Counted from the stretch's first letter, positions 15,031 to 25,366 are shown. The stretch: 37,666 nucleotides of DNA from Vicinamibacterales bacterium (GCA_035635535.1 DASQAX010000539.1:1-37666), one strand, 5' to 3'. Notes: generated by a model from the sequence alone, not told the origin. Translations and numbers: made by a program.

Positions 15031-16028
15031 CCCCTCGACTGAGCCCGGGGCAAGGCGCTCTTCACGACGTCGATCGGCGGACGGCCATCACCTCGCTCCG
15101 GTCCAAGGACCTGCTGGGCATCTCGGACCTCGACACCGAGGAAATCACGCTGGTGCTCGACACCGCCGACGCGATGAAGGAAATCGGGTCGCGCCCCATC
15201 AAGAAGGTCCCGGCGCTGCGCGGCAAGACGGTCGTCAACCTGTTCTTCGAGCCGAGCACGCGCACGCGCACCTCGTTCGAGATCGCCGAAAAGCGCCTGA
15301 GCGCCGACACGCTGAACATCGCGATTGCGACCTCCAGCGTGGTGAAGGGCGAGACGCTGGCGGACACCGCGCTGAACCTCGAGGCCATGCAGCCCGACAT
15401 GATCGTCCTGCGCCACTCCTCCTCGGGCGCGTGCCACCTCCTGTCGCGCATCTGCCGGTCGGCCATCATCAACGCGGGCGACGGCATGCACGAGCACCCG
15501 ACGCAGGCGCTGCTCGACGCGTTCACGATCCGCGAACGGAAACAGCGGCTGAAGGGACTGAAGGTCGCCATCGTCGGCGACCTGCTGCACAGCCGCGTGC
15601 TGCGGTCGAACATCCTGCTGCTGACGAAGATGGGCGCGGACGTCTGGGTGTGCGGCCCGCCGACGCTGATGCCCGCCGGCATCCGCCGTTTCGGCGTCAC
15701 CGCCACCAGCAGCGTCGACGCGGCGGTCAAGGACGCCGACGTCATCATGCTCCTGCGGATCCAGCTCGAACGGATGGAAGGCGCGTTCTTCCCGTCGCTG
15801 CGCGAGTACTTCAACGTGTTCGGCATGACCGAAGCGCGCCTGACGCTCGCGAAACCCGACGTGATGATCATGCACCCCGGTCCGATGAACCGCGGCGTCG
15901 AGATCGCGTCGGAGGTCGCCGACGGCCCCTACTCGGTGATTCTCGACCAGGTCGCCAACGGCGTCGCGGTGCGCATGGCGGTCCTGTACCTCCTGGCGGG
16001 CGGAGCGGAACATGAAGAGGCTGCTTAA
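15027..16028 (+). CDS. pyrB: Aspartate carbamoyltransferase catalytic subunit
   Basis: [35 protein letters not shown] overlap with the pyrR stop. Confidence 0.95.
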   Translation: MTPRLSPGQGALHDVDRRTAITSLRSKDLLGISDLDTEEITLVLDTADAMKEIGSRPIKKVPALRGKTVVNLFFEPSTRTRTSFEIAEKRLSADTLNIAIATSSVVKGETLADTALNLEAMQPDMIVLRHSSSGACHLLSRICRSAIINAGDGMHEHPTQALLDAFTIRERKQRLKGLKVAIVGDLLHSRVLRSNILLLTKMGADVWVCGPPTLMPAGIRRFGVTATSSVDAAVKDADVIMLLRIQLERMEGAFFPSLREYFNVFGMTEARLTLAKPDVMIMHPGPMNRGVEIASEVADGPYSVILDQVANGVAVRMAVLYLLAGGAEHEEAA

Positions 16029-17343
16029 GGGCGGACGCGTCGTCGACCCCGCCAACCGGATCGACGGCGTGCGCGACGTGCTCATCGACGGCGATCGCAT
16101 CGCGCGGGTCGGCACCGACCTGCCCGCCGACGGCGCCACCGTCATCGAGATCCCCGGCGGCCTCGTCGTCTGCCCCGGGTTCATCGACATGCACGTCCAC
16201 CTGCGCGAGCCGGGGCAGGAGCACAAGGAGACGGTCGCGACCGGCACGGCGGCGGCCGTCGCGGGCGGTTTCACCGCCGTCGCGTGCATGCCGAACACCA
16301 ACCCGGTCAACGACGACGCCAACGTCACGACCTACATCCTGGACAAGGCGAGAGAAGCGAACCTCGCGCGCGTCTATCCGATCGGGGCCGTGTCGCGCGG
16401 ATCGAAGGGCGAGCTGCTCGCCGACATCGGCGACCTCCGGAAGGCCGGTTGTGTCGCGATCACCGACGACGGGCATCCGACCAGGACCGCCATCCTGCTG
16501 CGGCGCGCGCTCGAATATGCCGGGATGTTCGGGATGCCGGTCATCGAGCACTGCGAGGATCCGTCGCTGAAGGGGGATGCCGTCGCGCACGAGGGGTACT
16601 ACGCGGCGTCGCTCGGACTGCGCGGGATGCCCGGCGCCGCCGAAGCGCTCGGCGTCGAGCGCGGCGTCCTGCTCTCGGAGCTGACCGGCTCCGCGTTCCA
16701 CGTCGCGCACATGAGCGCGCGCACGTCGCTGCGGGCGGTGCGCAAGGGGAAGGACGCGGGTGTCCGCGTCACGTGCGAGGTCGCGCCGCACCATTTCACG
16801 CTCACGGACGAGGCGCTGGCGACACCGGTGCCGTACGACACCAACACGAAGATGAACCCGCCGCTGCGCGAGACCGCCGACCGCGACGCGATGCTCGACG
16901 GCATCGCCGACGGGTCGGTCGATGCCATCGCCACGGATCACGCGCCGCATCACTACGACGAGAAGAAGGTGGAGTACGACCGCGCGCCGTTCGGCATCGT
17001 CGGCCTCGAGACCGCGGTGCCGCTCTCGCTCGATCGGCTCGTGCACGCGGGACGCATCCGGCTCTCGCGGATGGTGGAGCTGCTGTCGGTGAACCCGGCG
17101 CGCATCCTCAACGTGCCGGGCGGCACGCTGTCGGAAGGCGCGCCCGCCGACATCACGATCATCGCGCCCGATCTGCAGGTGCGAATCGAGGCGAGCCGGC
17201 TGCGGTCACGATCGAAGAACACGCCATTCGATGGATGGGAGCTTCGTGGCGGCGTCGCGGCGACCTTCGTCGGCGGCCGGCCGCTGTTCGTCAACGCCGG
17301 CGCCGTGCTGGCCATGACGGCGGAGGTGGCAGGGGCGTTATGA
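16012..17343 (+). CDS. pyrC: Dihydroorotase
   Basis: [20 protein letters not shown]. Overlaps the pyrB end by 17 nt. Confidence 0.95.
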   Translation: MKRLLKGGRVVDPANRIDGVRDVLIDGDRIARVGTDLPADGATVIEIPGGLVVCPGFIDMHVHLREPGQEHKETVATGTAAAVAGGFTAVACMPNTNPVNDDANVTTYILDKAREANLARVYPIGAVSRGSKGELLADIGDLRKAGCVAITDDGHPTRTAILLRRALEYAGMFGMPVIEHCEDPSLKGDAVAHEGYYAASLGLRGMPGAAEALGVERGVLLSELTGSAFHVAHMSARTSLRAVRKGKDAGVRVTCEVAPHHFTLTDEALATPVPYDTNTKMNPPLRETADRDAMLDGIADGSVDAIATDHAPHHYDEKKVEYDRAPFGIVGLETAVPLSLDRLVHAGRIRLSRMVELLSVNPARILNVPGGTLSEGAPADITIIAPDLQVRIEASRLRSRSKNTPFDGWELRGGVAATFVGGRPLFVNAGAVLAMTAEVAGAL

Positions 17344-17939
17344 ACACGGCGCTCGAGGACCTGCAGCAGTTCCAGGTCCTGATGCTCGACGGCCACTTCG
17401 ACTTCGGCAACGGCTTTCACGGCCGCGTGTACCTGAACCCGCATCAGCTCTTTCGCTATCCGTCGACCATCTGGAGGTTCGCGCAGGATCTGATCGACAT
17501 CCTGCCCGCGCCACTGCTCGACCAGACGGAGGTCGTCGCCGGACCGGCGACCGGCGGCGCGCTGCTGGCGCACACGGTCGCGGGACTCCTCGACAGCCGC
17601 CGCGCCATCGCCGGCGCGCCGATGATGTTCGCGCCGTTCATGATGGACGCTTATCGCGGCCCCGGGCTGAGCCGCTACTACCGGCAGCAGGTCGCCGGTA
17701 GGAACGTGCTCATCGTCGACGACGTGCGCAACACGGGGCAGACGCTCGCACGGTGTGCAACGATCGTGCAGTCCGCCGGCGGCCACGTCCTCGCCACGGC
17801 AGAGCTGTACGATCGGATGGAGGCGACGGCCACTGCCGGCGCGCCGAATTTCGCGCTCGCGGAGTACAAGGCGCCCGAAAACCATCCGGCCGAGCGGTGT
17901 CCCATGTGCCAGGCTGGGACACCCGTTACGACGTTCTGA
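17340..17939 (+). CDS. Divergent PyrE-like phosphoribosyltransferase (type I PRTase)
   Basis: ATGA overlap with the pyrC stop. PRPP loop NVLIVDDVRNTGQT. Collinear with the canonical pyrE at 29616 (LDGHFDFGNGFHG vs LEGHFRLTSGLHS; C-terminal CPMCQAGTP vs CPLCAEGKP) but with altered substrate-loop residues. Confidence 0.8.
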   Translation: MNTALEDLQQFQVLMLDGHFDFGNGFHGRVYLNPHQLFRYPSTIWRFAQDLIDILPAPLLDQTEVVAGPATGGALLAHTVAGLLDSRRAIAGAPMMFAPFMMDAYRGPGLSRYYRQQVAGRNVLIVDDVRNTGQTLARCATIVQSAGGHVLATAELYDRMEATATAGAPNFALAEYKAPENHPAERCPMCQAGTPVTTF

Positions 17940-18037
17940 GCGGTCCGCTCCTCTGATATCCTTCCGGTTCTCCGCCCAACAGACATTCGCCCCGTCCTTG
18001 ACACCCGGGGCCTGCGTGACGGGTCGTCGGAGGCTCA

Positions 18038-19240
18038 ATGCCAGTGACCGCCAGGATCGCCCTTGCGATTGCGCTCGCCATCGTCCTTCGTCCCACTGCC
18101 GCACAGGCGCAGGCGGCTGACGATCGTCAGCTGATTCAGGACCTGATCGCCCGCGTCCAGGCGCTCGAGGCCGAAGTGAAGGCGCTGAAGGATGCGCAGG
18201 CGCGCCCGGCGGAAGCGCAGCCGGCCGCGTCCACGACGCCGACGGAAATGGGACTCGGGGGAGGCGCGGGACCGAGGTTGGAGATCCACGGATTCGCCGA
18301 TCTCGACTATCTCCACACCGACGAGTCGCTCACCCACGGCTCGTTCACGCTCGGCCAGCTTGACCTGTTCATGAGTTCGGCGCTGTCCGACAACACGTCG
18401 GTCGTCGGCGAGCTTGTCACGGAGGCGGACGACGACAACGTCTTCCACGTCGATCTCGAGCGGCTGATGCTGCAGTTCAAGCCGAGCGACTACCTGAACA
18501 TCGGCGTCGGCAGGTACCACACCGCGATCGGCTACTACAACACGGCCTATCACCATGGCACCTGGTTTCAGACGGCGACCGGCAGGCCGTTCCTGTTCCA
18601 GTTCGAGGACCAAGGCGGGCCGCTGCCCGTGCATGGCGTGGGCGTGACCGTCAACGGGCGCATCCCGTCCGGACGCCTCGGCCTGCGCTATGTCGCCGAA
18701 GTCGGCAACGGCCGGGCGTCGCGGTCGCCGCTCGCCGAGCCCGTGCAGAACGCCGTCGACGAAAACAATCGCAAGGGAGTCAACGTGGCGCTGCTGGCGC
18801 AACCCGACGCCCTCTCCGGTTTCCAGGCGGGGCTGTCGATGTATCGCGATCGGCTCGAGCCCGGCGGGCTGGGGCGCGTCCAGCAGACGCTTCTCGCCGG
18901 GCACGTGGTGTACCACGGCCACGGCCTCGAGCTGCTCAACGAAGCGTTTGCCCTTCGCAACGCGCCAGCCCTCGGGAGCGTCGTGACGACGCCGGCGTTC
19001 TACTCGCAGGTCGCAATGCTGTTCGCGCAGAAGGCCACGCCCTATTTCCGCTATCAGTACTTCAACGCGCCGCAGCGCGACCCGATCTTCGGCGGCATCG
19101 GCCTCAGGAAGGGACCCTCGCTCGGTCTCCGCTACGACCTCGAGCCATTCGCCGCGCTGAAGGTGCAGTACGACCGGACCGTGCAGCGCGATACGGATCC
19201 AATCAACGGGTTCGCGACGCAACTGGCGTTCACCTTCTGA
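18038..19240 (+). CDS. Outer-membrane beta-barrel porin-like protein with N-terminal coiled coil
   Basis: Signal peptide ending AAQAQA, heptad region LIARVQALEAEVKALKD, alternating beta-strand pattern, C-terminal ...QLAFTF aromatic terminus. GGAGG SD 4 nt before the ATG. Confidence 0.7.
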   Translation: MPVTARIALAIALAIVLRPTAAQAQAADDRQLIQDLIARVQALEAEVKALKDAQARPAEAQPAASTTPTEMGLGGGAGPRLEIHGFADLDYLHTDESLTHGSFTLGQLDLFMSSALSDNTSVVGELVTEADDDNVFHVDLERLMLQFKPSDYLNIGVGRYHTAIGYYNTAYHHGTWFQTATGRPFLFQFEDQGGPLPVHGVGVTVNGRIPSGRLGLRYVAEVGNGRASRSPLAEPVQNAVDENNRKGVNVALLAQPDALSGFQAGLSMYRDRLEPGGLGRVQQTLLAGHVVYHGHGLELLNEAFALRNAPALGSVVTTPAFYSQVAMLFAQKATPYFRYQYFNAPQRDPIFGGIGLRKGPSLGLRYDLEPFAALKVQYDRTVQRDTDPINGFATQLAFTF

Positions 19241-19257
19241 GTGGGTGTGGTGTGGGG

Positions 19258-19794
19258 ATGAAGCGCATTGCCGGATTCGGTTCGACGGTCGTGCTCGCCA
19301 CGATCCTCGGCCTGTCCGGACGAGCGCCGGCCGCCGCGCAGCCTGCAGGCCAGGAGGCGCTGGCGATCGTCGTCAACCGCGCCAATCCGATCAACGACGT
19401 GTCGATCACCGACTTGCGCAAGGCGTTCCTGGGCGGTCAGCAGCGCTGGCCGAACGGCCGCAAGATCACCGTCGTGATGCGCCCGGCCGGTGACGTGGAC
19501 CGTGCCGTCGTGCTTCGCCTCGTCTGCCGGATGAGCGAGGCCGAGTTCCAGAAGCACGTCCTGCAGGCGACCTTCACCGGCGAAGCGACCGGCGGCCCGC
19601 GTGTGCTGGATACGGCGCTTGGCGTCCGCCGTTTCGTGTTCAACGTTCCGGGCGCAATCGGCTACATGCGTCTCAGCGAAGTCGACGACACGGTCAAGGT
19701 GATTCACGTCGAGGGTCTGGCGCCGACCGATCCGGGCTATCGCCTCACGGTTGCGGCGCGGCCGCCGGGCGCCGTATCGGCCTCCGGCAACTGA
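19258..19794 (+). CDS. Secreted PBP-like (PstS/PBP_like_2-type) substrate-binding domain protein
   Basis: Signal peptide, then LAIVVNRANPINDVSITDLRKAFLGGQQRWPNG and GAIGYMRLSEV, characteristic of phosphate/anion-binding PBP-like domains. Ends 6 nt before the kinase gene. Confidence 0.65.
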   Translation: MKRIAGFGSTVVLATILGLSGRAPAAAQPAGQEALAIVVNRANPINDVSITDLRKAFLGGQQRWPNGRKITVVMRPAGDVDRAVVLRLVCRMSEAEFQKHVLQATFTGEATGGPRVLDTALGVRRFVFNVPGAIGYMRLSEVDDTVKVIHVEGLAPTDPGYRLTVAARPPGAVSASGN

Positions 19795-19800
19795 TCTGCC

Positions 19801-22341
19801 ATGCGCCGTCCCGGGATCCTCCTGCCGCTCGCCCTCATCGCCCTCATCGTCCTGGGCGTGGGCGCGTTCATTCTCGCGGACCTGCGCCGCGCCGCGCGGG
19901 ACGCGGAGGACATGTACGCGGGGCTCGCGCGCGGTCTCGATCTCATCGGCGGCCTGCAGTTCGAGACACAGGAAGCGCGGCGCGCCATGCTGTACGCGCT
20001 CACCACGAAGGACGCCAACCTGCAGGTCCGGTACGCCGACGAATCGCGGGCCGCCGACGCGCGCGTGGGGCGCCTGATCGACGACCAGACGCGCCTGCTG
20101 GACGCGCCGGCCGCGGCCGATGCGGCGCGTCGGCTTGGCCGCGACTGGGCGACCTACCTGAACACGCGGGACGAGGTGCTGGCCTCGATCCTCGAAGGGA
20201 GCGTCGGCGACGCCGTGGTGCGCGACCTGCGCGACGGCGTCCCCGCCTTCGATCGCGTGCGCAACGACCTGCTGCAGGTCCAGCAGCTGTACAAGGACCG
20301 CGCCGAGCTGCGGATGTCGGACGTCTCCACCTCGTCGAGCCGGTCGTTCCTGCGGCTCATCCTCCTGCTGGCGGCGACGCAGATTCTCGCGGTCTTCGCG
20401 GCCGTCGTGCTGCAGAAGAACCAGATGCTGCGGGCGGTGCAGCAGTCGGAGCAGCGGCTGCGCGAGGTGATCGAGTCGATCAACGAAGGGATGTTCGTCG
20501 TCGGACGCGACGGCCGGGTGAACCTGTGGAACAGCGCCGCGGAACGGATGTGGGGACGCCCGCGCGACGGGGTCGTCGGCCATCCGCTGGCGGGCGCGTT
20601 TCCGGAGGTCGAAGCCACGCCGCTGCCGCGCGCGATCGACGAGGCGCTGCTCACCGGCCGCGTCGCGCCGGTCGTGGAGTTCGCGCGGTCCGGCGATGCC
20701 GCCGATTCGATTTTCGAGGCACGCGTCTTCCCGTTCGGCCGCGGCGTGACGGTCTTCCTCGACGACGTCACCGCCCGCAAGCGCTTCGAGGCGGAGTTGA
20801 AGCAGGCCAAGGACGACGCGGAATCGGCCAGCCGGGCGAAGTCGAAGTTCCTGGCCAGCATGAGCCACGAGCTGCGGACGCCGCTCAACGCGATCATCGG
20901 CTTTTCGGAGATCCTCACCGACCACCTGTACGGCGACCTGAACGAGCGCCAGGACAGGTACGTGCAGAACATCCTGGTCAGCGGACGCCACCTGCTCCAG
21001 CTGATCAACGACATCCTCGACCTCTCCAAGGTCGAAGCGGGGCGCGTCACGCTCGATCTCGCGCCGTTCGACGTCGGCGCCGCGCTGCGCGACGTCCACG
21101 TCATCGTCAAGGCGCTGGCGATCAAGAAGGGGATTGCGCTCACCTTCGACGTCACGCCGGACCTGCCGGTCGTGACCGCCGACCAGGCGAAATTCAAGCA
21201 GGTCATGTACAACCTGCTCAGCAACGCGATCAAGTTCACCATGCCCGGCGGCGCGGTCACCACCCTGGCGTCGATTGCGGAAGACGCCTCGGCCGGCCCC
21301 CTTCTTCGCGTGTCGGTGACCGACACCGGCATCGGCATCAGGCCCGACGACCAGGCGCGCATCTTCGGCGAGTTCGAACAGGTGGACTCGCCGTATGCCC
21401 GCGAGCAGCAGGGCACCGGCCTCGGCCTCGCGCTCGCCCGGCAGCTCGTCGCGCTCCACGGGGGTCGCGTCTGGGTGGAAAGCGAAGAAGGCAAGGGGAG
21501 CACGTTCACGTTCGCCATCCCGGTGAAGACCGGCGGGCGCCGCGAGCCGCCTGTGACGGTCGCGGCAGCCGCGCTGGCGCCCGAGCCGAGGGCCACGCGG
21601 CTCACGGTGCTCGTCGCCGAGGACGATCCCCACGCGAGCGAGCTGCTGACGCAGTACATCACCAGCGCCGGGTACACCGTGCGGCACGCCTTCGACGGCG
21701 AGCAGGCGGTGTCGATGGCCCACGAGATCCGGCCGGCGGCCATCACGCTCGACATCATGCTGCCGAAGAAGGACGGCTGGAAGGTGCTCGCCGAGTTGAA
21801 GTCGCACCCGGAGACCAGGTCGATACCGGTCATCATCGTGTCGATCACCGACGACCAGCAGCTCGGGTTCGGCCTGGGCGCGACGGACTTCCTCATGAAG
21901 CCCGTCGACAAGGAGGATCTCTCCGAGGTCCTCGAACGGGCCGTCACCGCGTCTGCCGGCCGCATCCGTACGGTGCTCGTGGTCGACGACGAGCCGGAGA
22001 CCGTCGAGCTCGTCGGCGACCTGCTGCGCCGCCACGGCATCGAGGTGCTCAAGGCGTACGGCGGGAACGAAGGCGTCGCGATGGCCGTCGAGCACAGGCC
22101 CGACGCCATCATCCTCGACCTGATGATGCCGGGCATGACCGGTTTCGACGTGGTGCGCCGCCTGCGCGAGGACCCGAACGCGCACCGCATCCCCATCCTG
22201 ATCCTGACCGCGAAGGACCTCACGGCGGACGAGCGCGCGGCGCTGAACCGCCACGTGCAGGCCATCGCGCAGAAAGGCGGACGCGAGGAGCTGCTCCAGG
22301 AACTGGCGCGGCTCGAGCGCGTCTGGCAACATACGCCGTGA
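19801..22341 (+). CDS. Hybrid sensor histidine kinase (2 TM + four-helix-bundle sensor, PAS, HisKA, HATPase_c, two REC domains)
   Basis: H-box FLASMSHELRTPLNAI; N/G boxes (LLSNAIKFT, DTGIGI, GTGLGLAL); two receiver domains (VLVAEDD...DIMLP...K and VLVVDDE...DLMMPG...K). Confidence 0.93.
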   Translation: MRRPGILLPLALIALIVLGVGAFILADLRRAARDAEDMYAGLARGLDLIGGLQFETQEARRAMLYALTTKDANLQVRYADESRAADARVGRLIDDQTRLLDAPAAADAARRLGRDWATYLNTRDEVLASILEGSVGDAVVRDLRDGVPAFDRVRNDLLQVQQLYKDRAELRMSDVSTSSSRSFLRLILLLAATQILAVFAAVVLQKNQMLRAVQQSEQRLREVIESINEGMFVVGRDGRVNLWNSAAERMWGRPRDGVVGHPLAGAFPEVEATPLPRAIDEALLTGRVAPVVEFARSGDAADSIFEARVFPFGRGVTVFLDDVTARKRFEAELKQAKDDAESASRAKSKFLASMSHELRTPLNAIIGFSEILTDHLYGDLNERQDRYVQNILVSGRHLLQLINDILDLSKVEAGRVTLDLAPFDVGAALRDVHVIVKALAIKKGIALTFDVTPDLPVVTADQAKFKQVMYNLLSNAIKFTMPGGAVTTLASIAEDASAGPLLRVSVTDTGIGIRPDDQARIFGEFEQVDSPYAREQQGTGLGLALARQLVALHGGRVWVESEEGKGSTFTFAIPVKTGGRREPPVTVAAAALAPEPRATRLTVLVAEDDPHASELLTQYITSAGYTVRHAFDGEQAVSMAHEIRPAAITLDIMLPKKDGWKVLAELKSHPETRSIPVIIVSITDDQQLGFGLGATDFLMKPVDKEDLSEVLERAVTASAGRIRTVLVVDDEPETVELVGDLLRRHGIEVLKAYGGNEGVAMAVEHRPDAIILDLMMPGMTGFDVVRRLREDPNAHRIPILILTAKDLTADERAALNRHVQAIAQKGGREELLQELARLERVWQHTP

Positions 22342-22345
22342 GCCG

Positions 22346-22744
22346 GTGAAGGACGCGGCAACGATGGCCGGAGCGCGAATTCTCGTCATCGAGGACAACC
22401 CGCTGAACCTGGAGCTGGTTCGCGCGCTGCTCGAGGTGCATGGCTACGAAGTGATCGACTCTGGAAACGCGGAAGACGGCATCGAACGAGCCAGGATGGA
22501 GCAGCCCCAGTTGATCTTCATCGATTTGAGCCTCCCGGGCACCGACGGCCTCGCGGCGACGCAGCTGCTGAAGGCCGACGCCGCGACGCGTCACATTCCT
22601 GTCGTCGCGCTGACCGCGCACGCGATGAAGGGCGACGACGAGCGGGCGCGGCAGGCGGGCTGCGACGGATACCTGACCAAGCCGATCGACACGCGGTCGT
22701 TTCCCGCCGTGGTCGCGCGCTTCCTGGCGCGGGAGCAAGGCTGA
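22346..22744 (+). CDS. Single-domain response regulator (REC)
   Basis: RILVIEDNPLN...FIDLSLPGTDG...TKP. The start may instead be the ATG at 22364. Confidence 0.9.
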   Translation: MKDAATMAGARILVIEDNPLNLELVRALLEVHGYEVIDSGNAEDGIERARMEQPQLIFIDLSLPGTDGLAATQLLKADAATRHIPVVALTAHAMKGDDERARQAGCDGYLTKPIDTRSFPAVVARFLAREQG

Positions 22745-22745
22745 C

Positions 22746-23849
22746 GTGGCCGCCCGTCTGAAGCGGATCCTCATCGTCGACGACGAAGAACAGAACCGCG
22801 AGCTGCTCGTGGCGATGGTGGAGTCGCTCGGCTACGAGCCGGACGTCGCGTGCGACGGCGTGGAGGCGCTCGCGAAGCTGCACCTCGACGTCGACCTGAT
22901 CCTGCTCGACGTCATGATGGAGGGCATGGACGGCTTCCAGGTGGCGCAGCGGATCAGGCGCGATCCGCAGGGCGGCGACGTGCCGATCATCATGGTGACA
23001 GGGCTGACGAGCCGGGAGGACCGGCTGCTGGCCGTCGAGGCCGGCGCCAACGACTTCATCTCGAAGCCGTTCGAGCGCATCGAGCTGCGCGTGCGCATGG
23101 CGTCGCTGCTGCGGATGAAGGAAGCGCAGGACGCGCTGCGCCTGCACCAGCGCGAGCTCGAGCTGCTCGTCGAGCGGCGCACGGCGAGCCTGCGCGACGC
23201 GCTGCAGGCGATGGTGGAAGCGCAGCGGCAGGCGCACCAGGCGCAGCTCGACACCGTCGAGCGCCTGGCCATCGCCGCCGAATTCAAGGACAAGACGACG
23301 GCCTATCACATCCACCGCATGAGCCAGTACGCGGCGATCATCGCCCGCGGCCTCCGCCTCCCGCCGGGCGAGGTCGAAGACCTCCTGCACGCGAGCCGGA
23401 TGCACGACGTCGGCAAGCTCGGCATCCCCGACGACATCCTCCGCAAGCCCGCCAGCCTCGACGCGCCGGAGCGCGAGCTGATGCGGCAGCACACGACGAT
23501 CGGCGGCCGCATCCTGGGCAACACCTCGTCGAAGCTGCTGCAGGAAGGGCAGGTCATCGCGATGTCGCACCACGAATGGTGGGACGGCAGCGGATACCCG
23601 AACGGGCTGTCGGGCGAGGCCATCCCGTTGTCGGGCCGTATCTGCGCGGTCGCCGACGTGTTCGATGCGGTCACGAGCGTCCGTCCGTACAAGCCGGCAT
23701 ACAGCAACGAGCAGGCCTACGAGATTCTGCGGAACGAGCGCGGCACTCACTTCGACCCGCGCATCGTCGACGTGTTCTTCGAGAACCTGAAGGAGGTCGT
23801 CGAGATCCAGGCCCGCTACCGCGACGGCGTCGTGGCGAGCTACTCGTAG
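22746..23849 (+). CDS. Response regulator with HD-GYP domain (c-di-GMP phosphodiesterase family)
   Basis: REC (ILIVDDEEQN...LLDVMMEGMDG...KP), then HD-GYP motifs HDVGKLGIPD and HHEWWDGSGYPNGL. Confidence 0.93.
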   Translation: MAARLKRILIVDDEEQNRELLVAMVESLGYEPDVACDGVEALAKLHLDVDLILLDVMMEGMDGFQVAQRIRRDPQGGDVPIIMVTGLTSREDRLLAVEAGANDFISKPFERIELRVRMASLLRMKEAQDALRLHQRELELLVERRTASLRDALQAMVEAQRQAHQAQLDTVERLAIAAEFKDKTTAYHIHRMSQYAAIIARGLRLPPGEVEDLLHASRMHDVGKLGIPDDILRKPASLDAPERELMRQHTTIGGRILGNTSSKLLQEGQVIAMSHHEWWDGSGYPNGLSGEAIPLSGRICAVADVFDAVTSVRPYKPAYSNEQAYEILRNERGTHFDPRIVDVFFENLKEVVEIQARYRDGVVASYS

Positions 23850-23875
23850 GCTTCGAAAGGCGACGCGCGGGACGC

Positions 23876-24676
23876 ATGCCATTCCAGGATCTCTTCGGCG
23901 CGCGCCAGCCGCTCATCGGCGTGCTCCACCTGCTGCCGCTGCCGGGCGCGCCGCTCTACGACGGCGTCATGCAGAAGGTGTACGACCAGGCGCTCGCCGA
24001 GCTCGACGTGTTCAAGCGCCACGCCCTCGATTCGGTCATCGTCGAGAATTTCCGCGACATGCCGTACTTTCCCGGGCGCGTGCCGGCCGAAACGGTCGCG
24101 GCGATGGCGGCGGTCTCGCGCGACATCGTCCGCGCCGCGGGCATGCCGGTCGGCATCAACGTGCTGCGCAGCGACGGCGAGGCGGCCATCGCGATTGCCG
24201 CGGCCAGCGGCGCCCACTACGTTCGGGTGAACGTGCACATGGGGGCGGTCGTGGCGGACCAGGGAATCGTGCAGGGGAGCAGCCAGTTCTCGGTACGGCT
24301 CCGCAGCGCCCTCAAGTCGGAGGCGTTGATCTTCGCCGACGTCGGCGTCAAGCACGCGGCGCCGCTCGCGGGCCGGAGCCTGGACATCGAGACGCGCGAT
24401 CTCGCCGAGCGCGGTCTCGCCGACGCCGTCATCGTCACCGGCGACAGGACCGGCGTCGAAACCAGCCTGGCGGACATCGAGGCGGTCCGGGCGGCCACGA
24501 GCCTCCCGATCCTGGTCGGCAGCGGCGCGACCCCCGAAAACATCGAGCGGATGCTGCCGAAGGTCAACGGCTTGATCGTCGGCAGCTATTTCAAGAAAGA
24601 TGGCGCCGGCCACAACTTCGTCGACCAGGCGCGGGTCGAGCGGTTCGCGCGCCGATTTGCCGAATTGAGAGGATGA
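23876..24676 (+). CDS. BtpA/SgcQ family protein (TIM-barrel, membrane-complex biogenesis family)
   Basis: Tail of the 22850..24676 frame starting at the ATG at 23876: LIGVLHLLPLPGAP...VIVENFRDMPY...NVLRSDG...VTGDRTG...ILVGSGAT matches the BtpA family pattern. Confidence 0.85.
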   Translation: MPFQDLFGARQPLIGVLHLLPLPGAPLYDGVMQKVYDQALAELDVFKRHALDSVIVENFRDMPYFPGRVPAETVAAMAAVSRDIVRAAGMPVGINVLRSDGEAAIAIAAASGAHYVRVNVHMGAVVADQGIVQGSSQFSVRLRSALKSEALIFADVGVKHAAPLAGRSLDIETRDLAERGLADAVIVTGDRTGVETSLADIEAVRAATSLPILVGSGATPENIERMLPKVNGLIVGSYFKKDGAGHNFVDQARVERFARRFAELRG

Positions 24677-24677
24677 C

Positions 24678-25355
24678 ATGAAGTCAGCAGGCAGTGGGCA
24701 GGGCCGTGAGGCCGCAGGCGGCTGGACGCTGGGAGCAGGGAGGGTGGTTGCGGTACTCGCGGCGGTGACCCTGTGCGCGTCTTCAGCGTTGGCGCAGGAC
24801 CGGCTGCCGCCGGTTCCGGCCGACAAGCTGACCGACGCGCAGAAAAAGGCCGCCGCCGAGTTCCTCGTCGAACGCAAGCAGGAGGTGTTCGGCCCGTTCG
24901 TGCCGCTCAGCCGCAGCCCGCAGCTGATGATCAACGCCGCGAAGATGGGCACCTACCTCCGGTTCGGCAACTCACTGCCGCGCGACGTCAGCGAGTTTGC
25001 GATCCTGCTCGTCTCGCGCCGGTGGACGCAGCAGTACGAATGGTACGTGCACGCGGCCGATGGCAGGACCGCGGGCCTCAGCGACGCCATCATCCAGGCC
25101 GTTGCCGACGGCCGCCGTCCCGAGGGGCTGAGCGAGGGGATGGAGATCGTCTACGACTTCAGCAACGAGCTGAACGACTTTCACAGCGTGACCGACCGCA
25201 CGTACGCGCGCATGGTGGGCAAGTACGGCGAGCAGGGGATGATGGATCTGGTCGGCCTGAACGGCTACTACTCGATGATTTCGATGGTGCTCAACGTGGG
25301 ACGGACGGCGTTGCCACCGGGAAATTCCCCTGCGCTCAAGCCGTTCCCGAAGTAG
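24678..25355 (+). CDS. Carboxymuconolactone decarboxylase (AhpD-like) family protein with signal peptide
   Basis: Starts 1 nt after the btpA-like stop. FAILLVSRRWTQQYEWYVH and NGYYSMISMVLN helices are typical of the CMD family. Confidence 0.75.
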   Translation: MKSAGSGQGREAAGGWTLGAGRVVAVLAAVTLCASSALAQDRLPPVPADKLTDAQKKAAAEFLVERKQEVFGPFVPLSRSPQLMINAAKMGTYLRFGNSLPRDVSEFAILLVSRRWTQQYEWYVHAADGRTAGLSDAIIQAVADGRRPEGLSEGMEIVYDFSNELNDFHSVTDRTYARMVGKYGEQGMMDLVGLNGYYSMISMVLNVGRTALPPGNSPALKPFPK

Positions 25356-25366
25356 GCGGACCCCGG

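Noticed and set aside
14922-18104. Chain of long minus-strand ORFs (14922..16328, 15868..17046, 16953..18104) opposite pyrB-pyrC-PRTase, and the 16284..17340 part of the 551-aa plus ORF
   Set aside because: They are antisense to or out of frame with unmistakable pyr genes, with Arg-rich composition. Only the last 199 codons (from 17340) of the 16284..17939 frame look like a real protein.
19132-22398. 1088-aa minus-strand ORF (plus 20154..22361 minus and 20526..22349 plus) across the hybrid kinase gene
   Set aside because: Low-complexity Arg/Ala/Gly composition with no domain signatures. The plus-strand frame at 19801..22341 has H-box, N/G boxes and two receiver domains, so it is the real gene.
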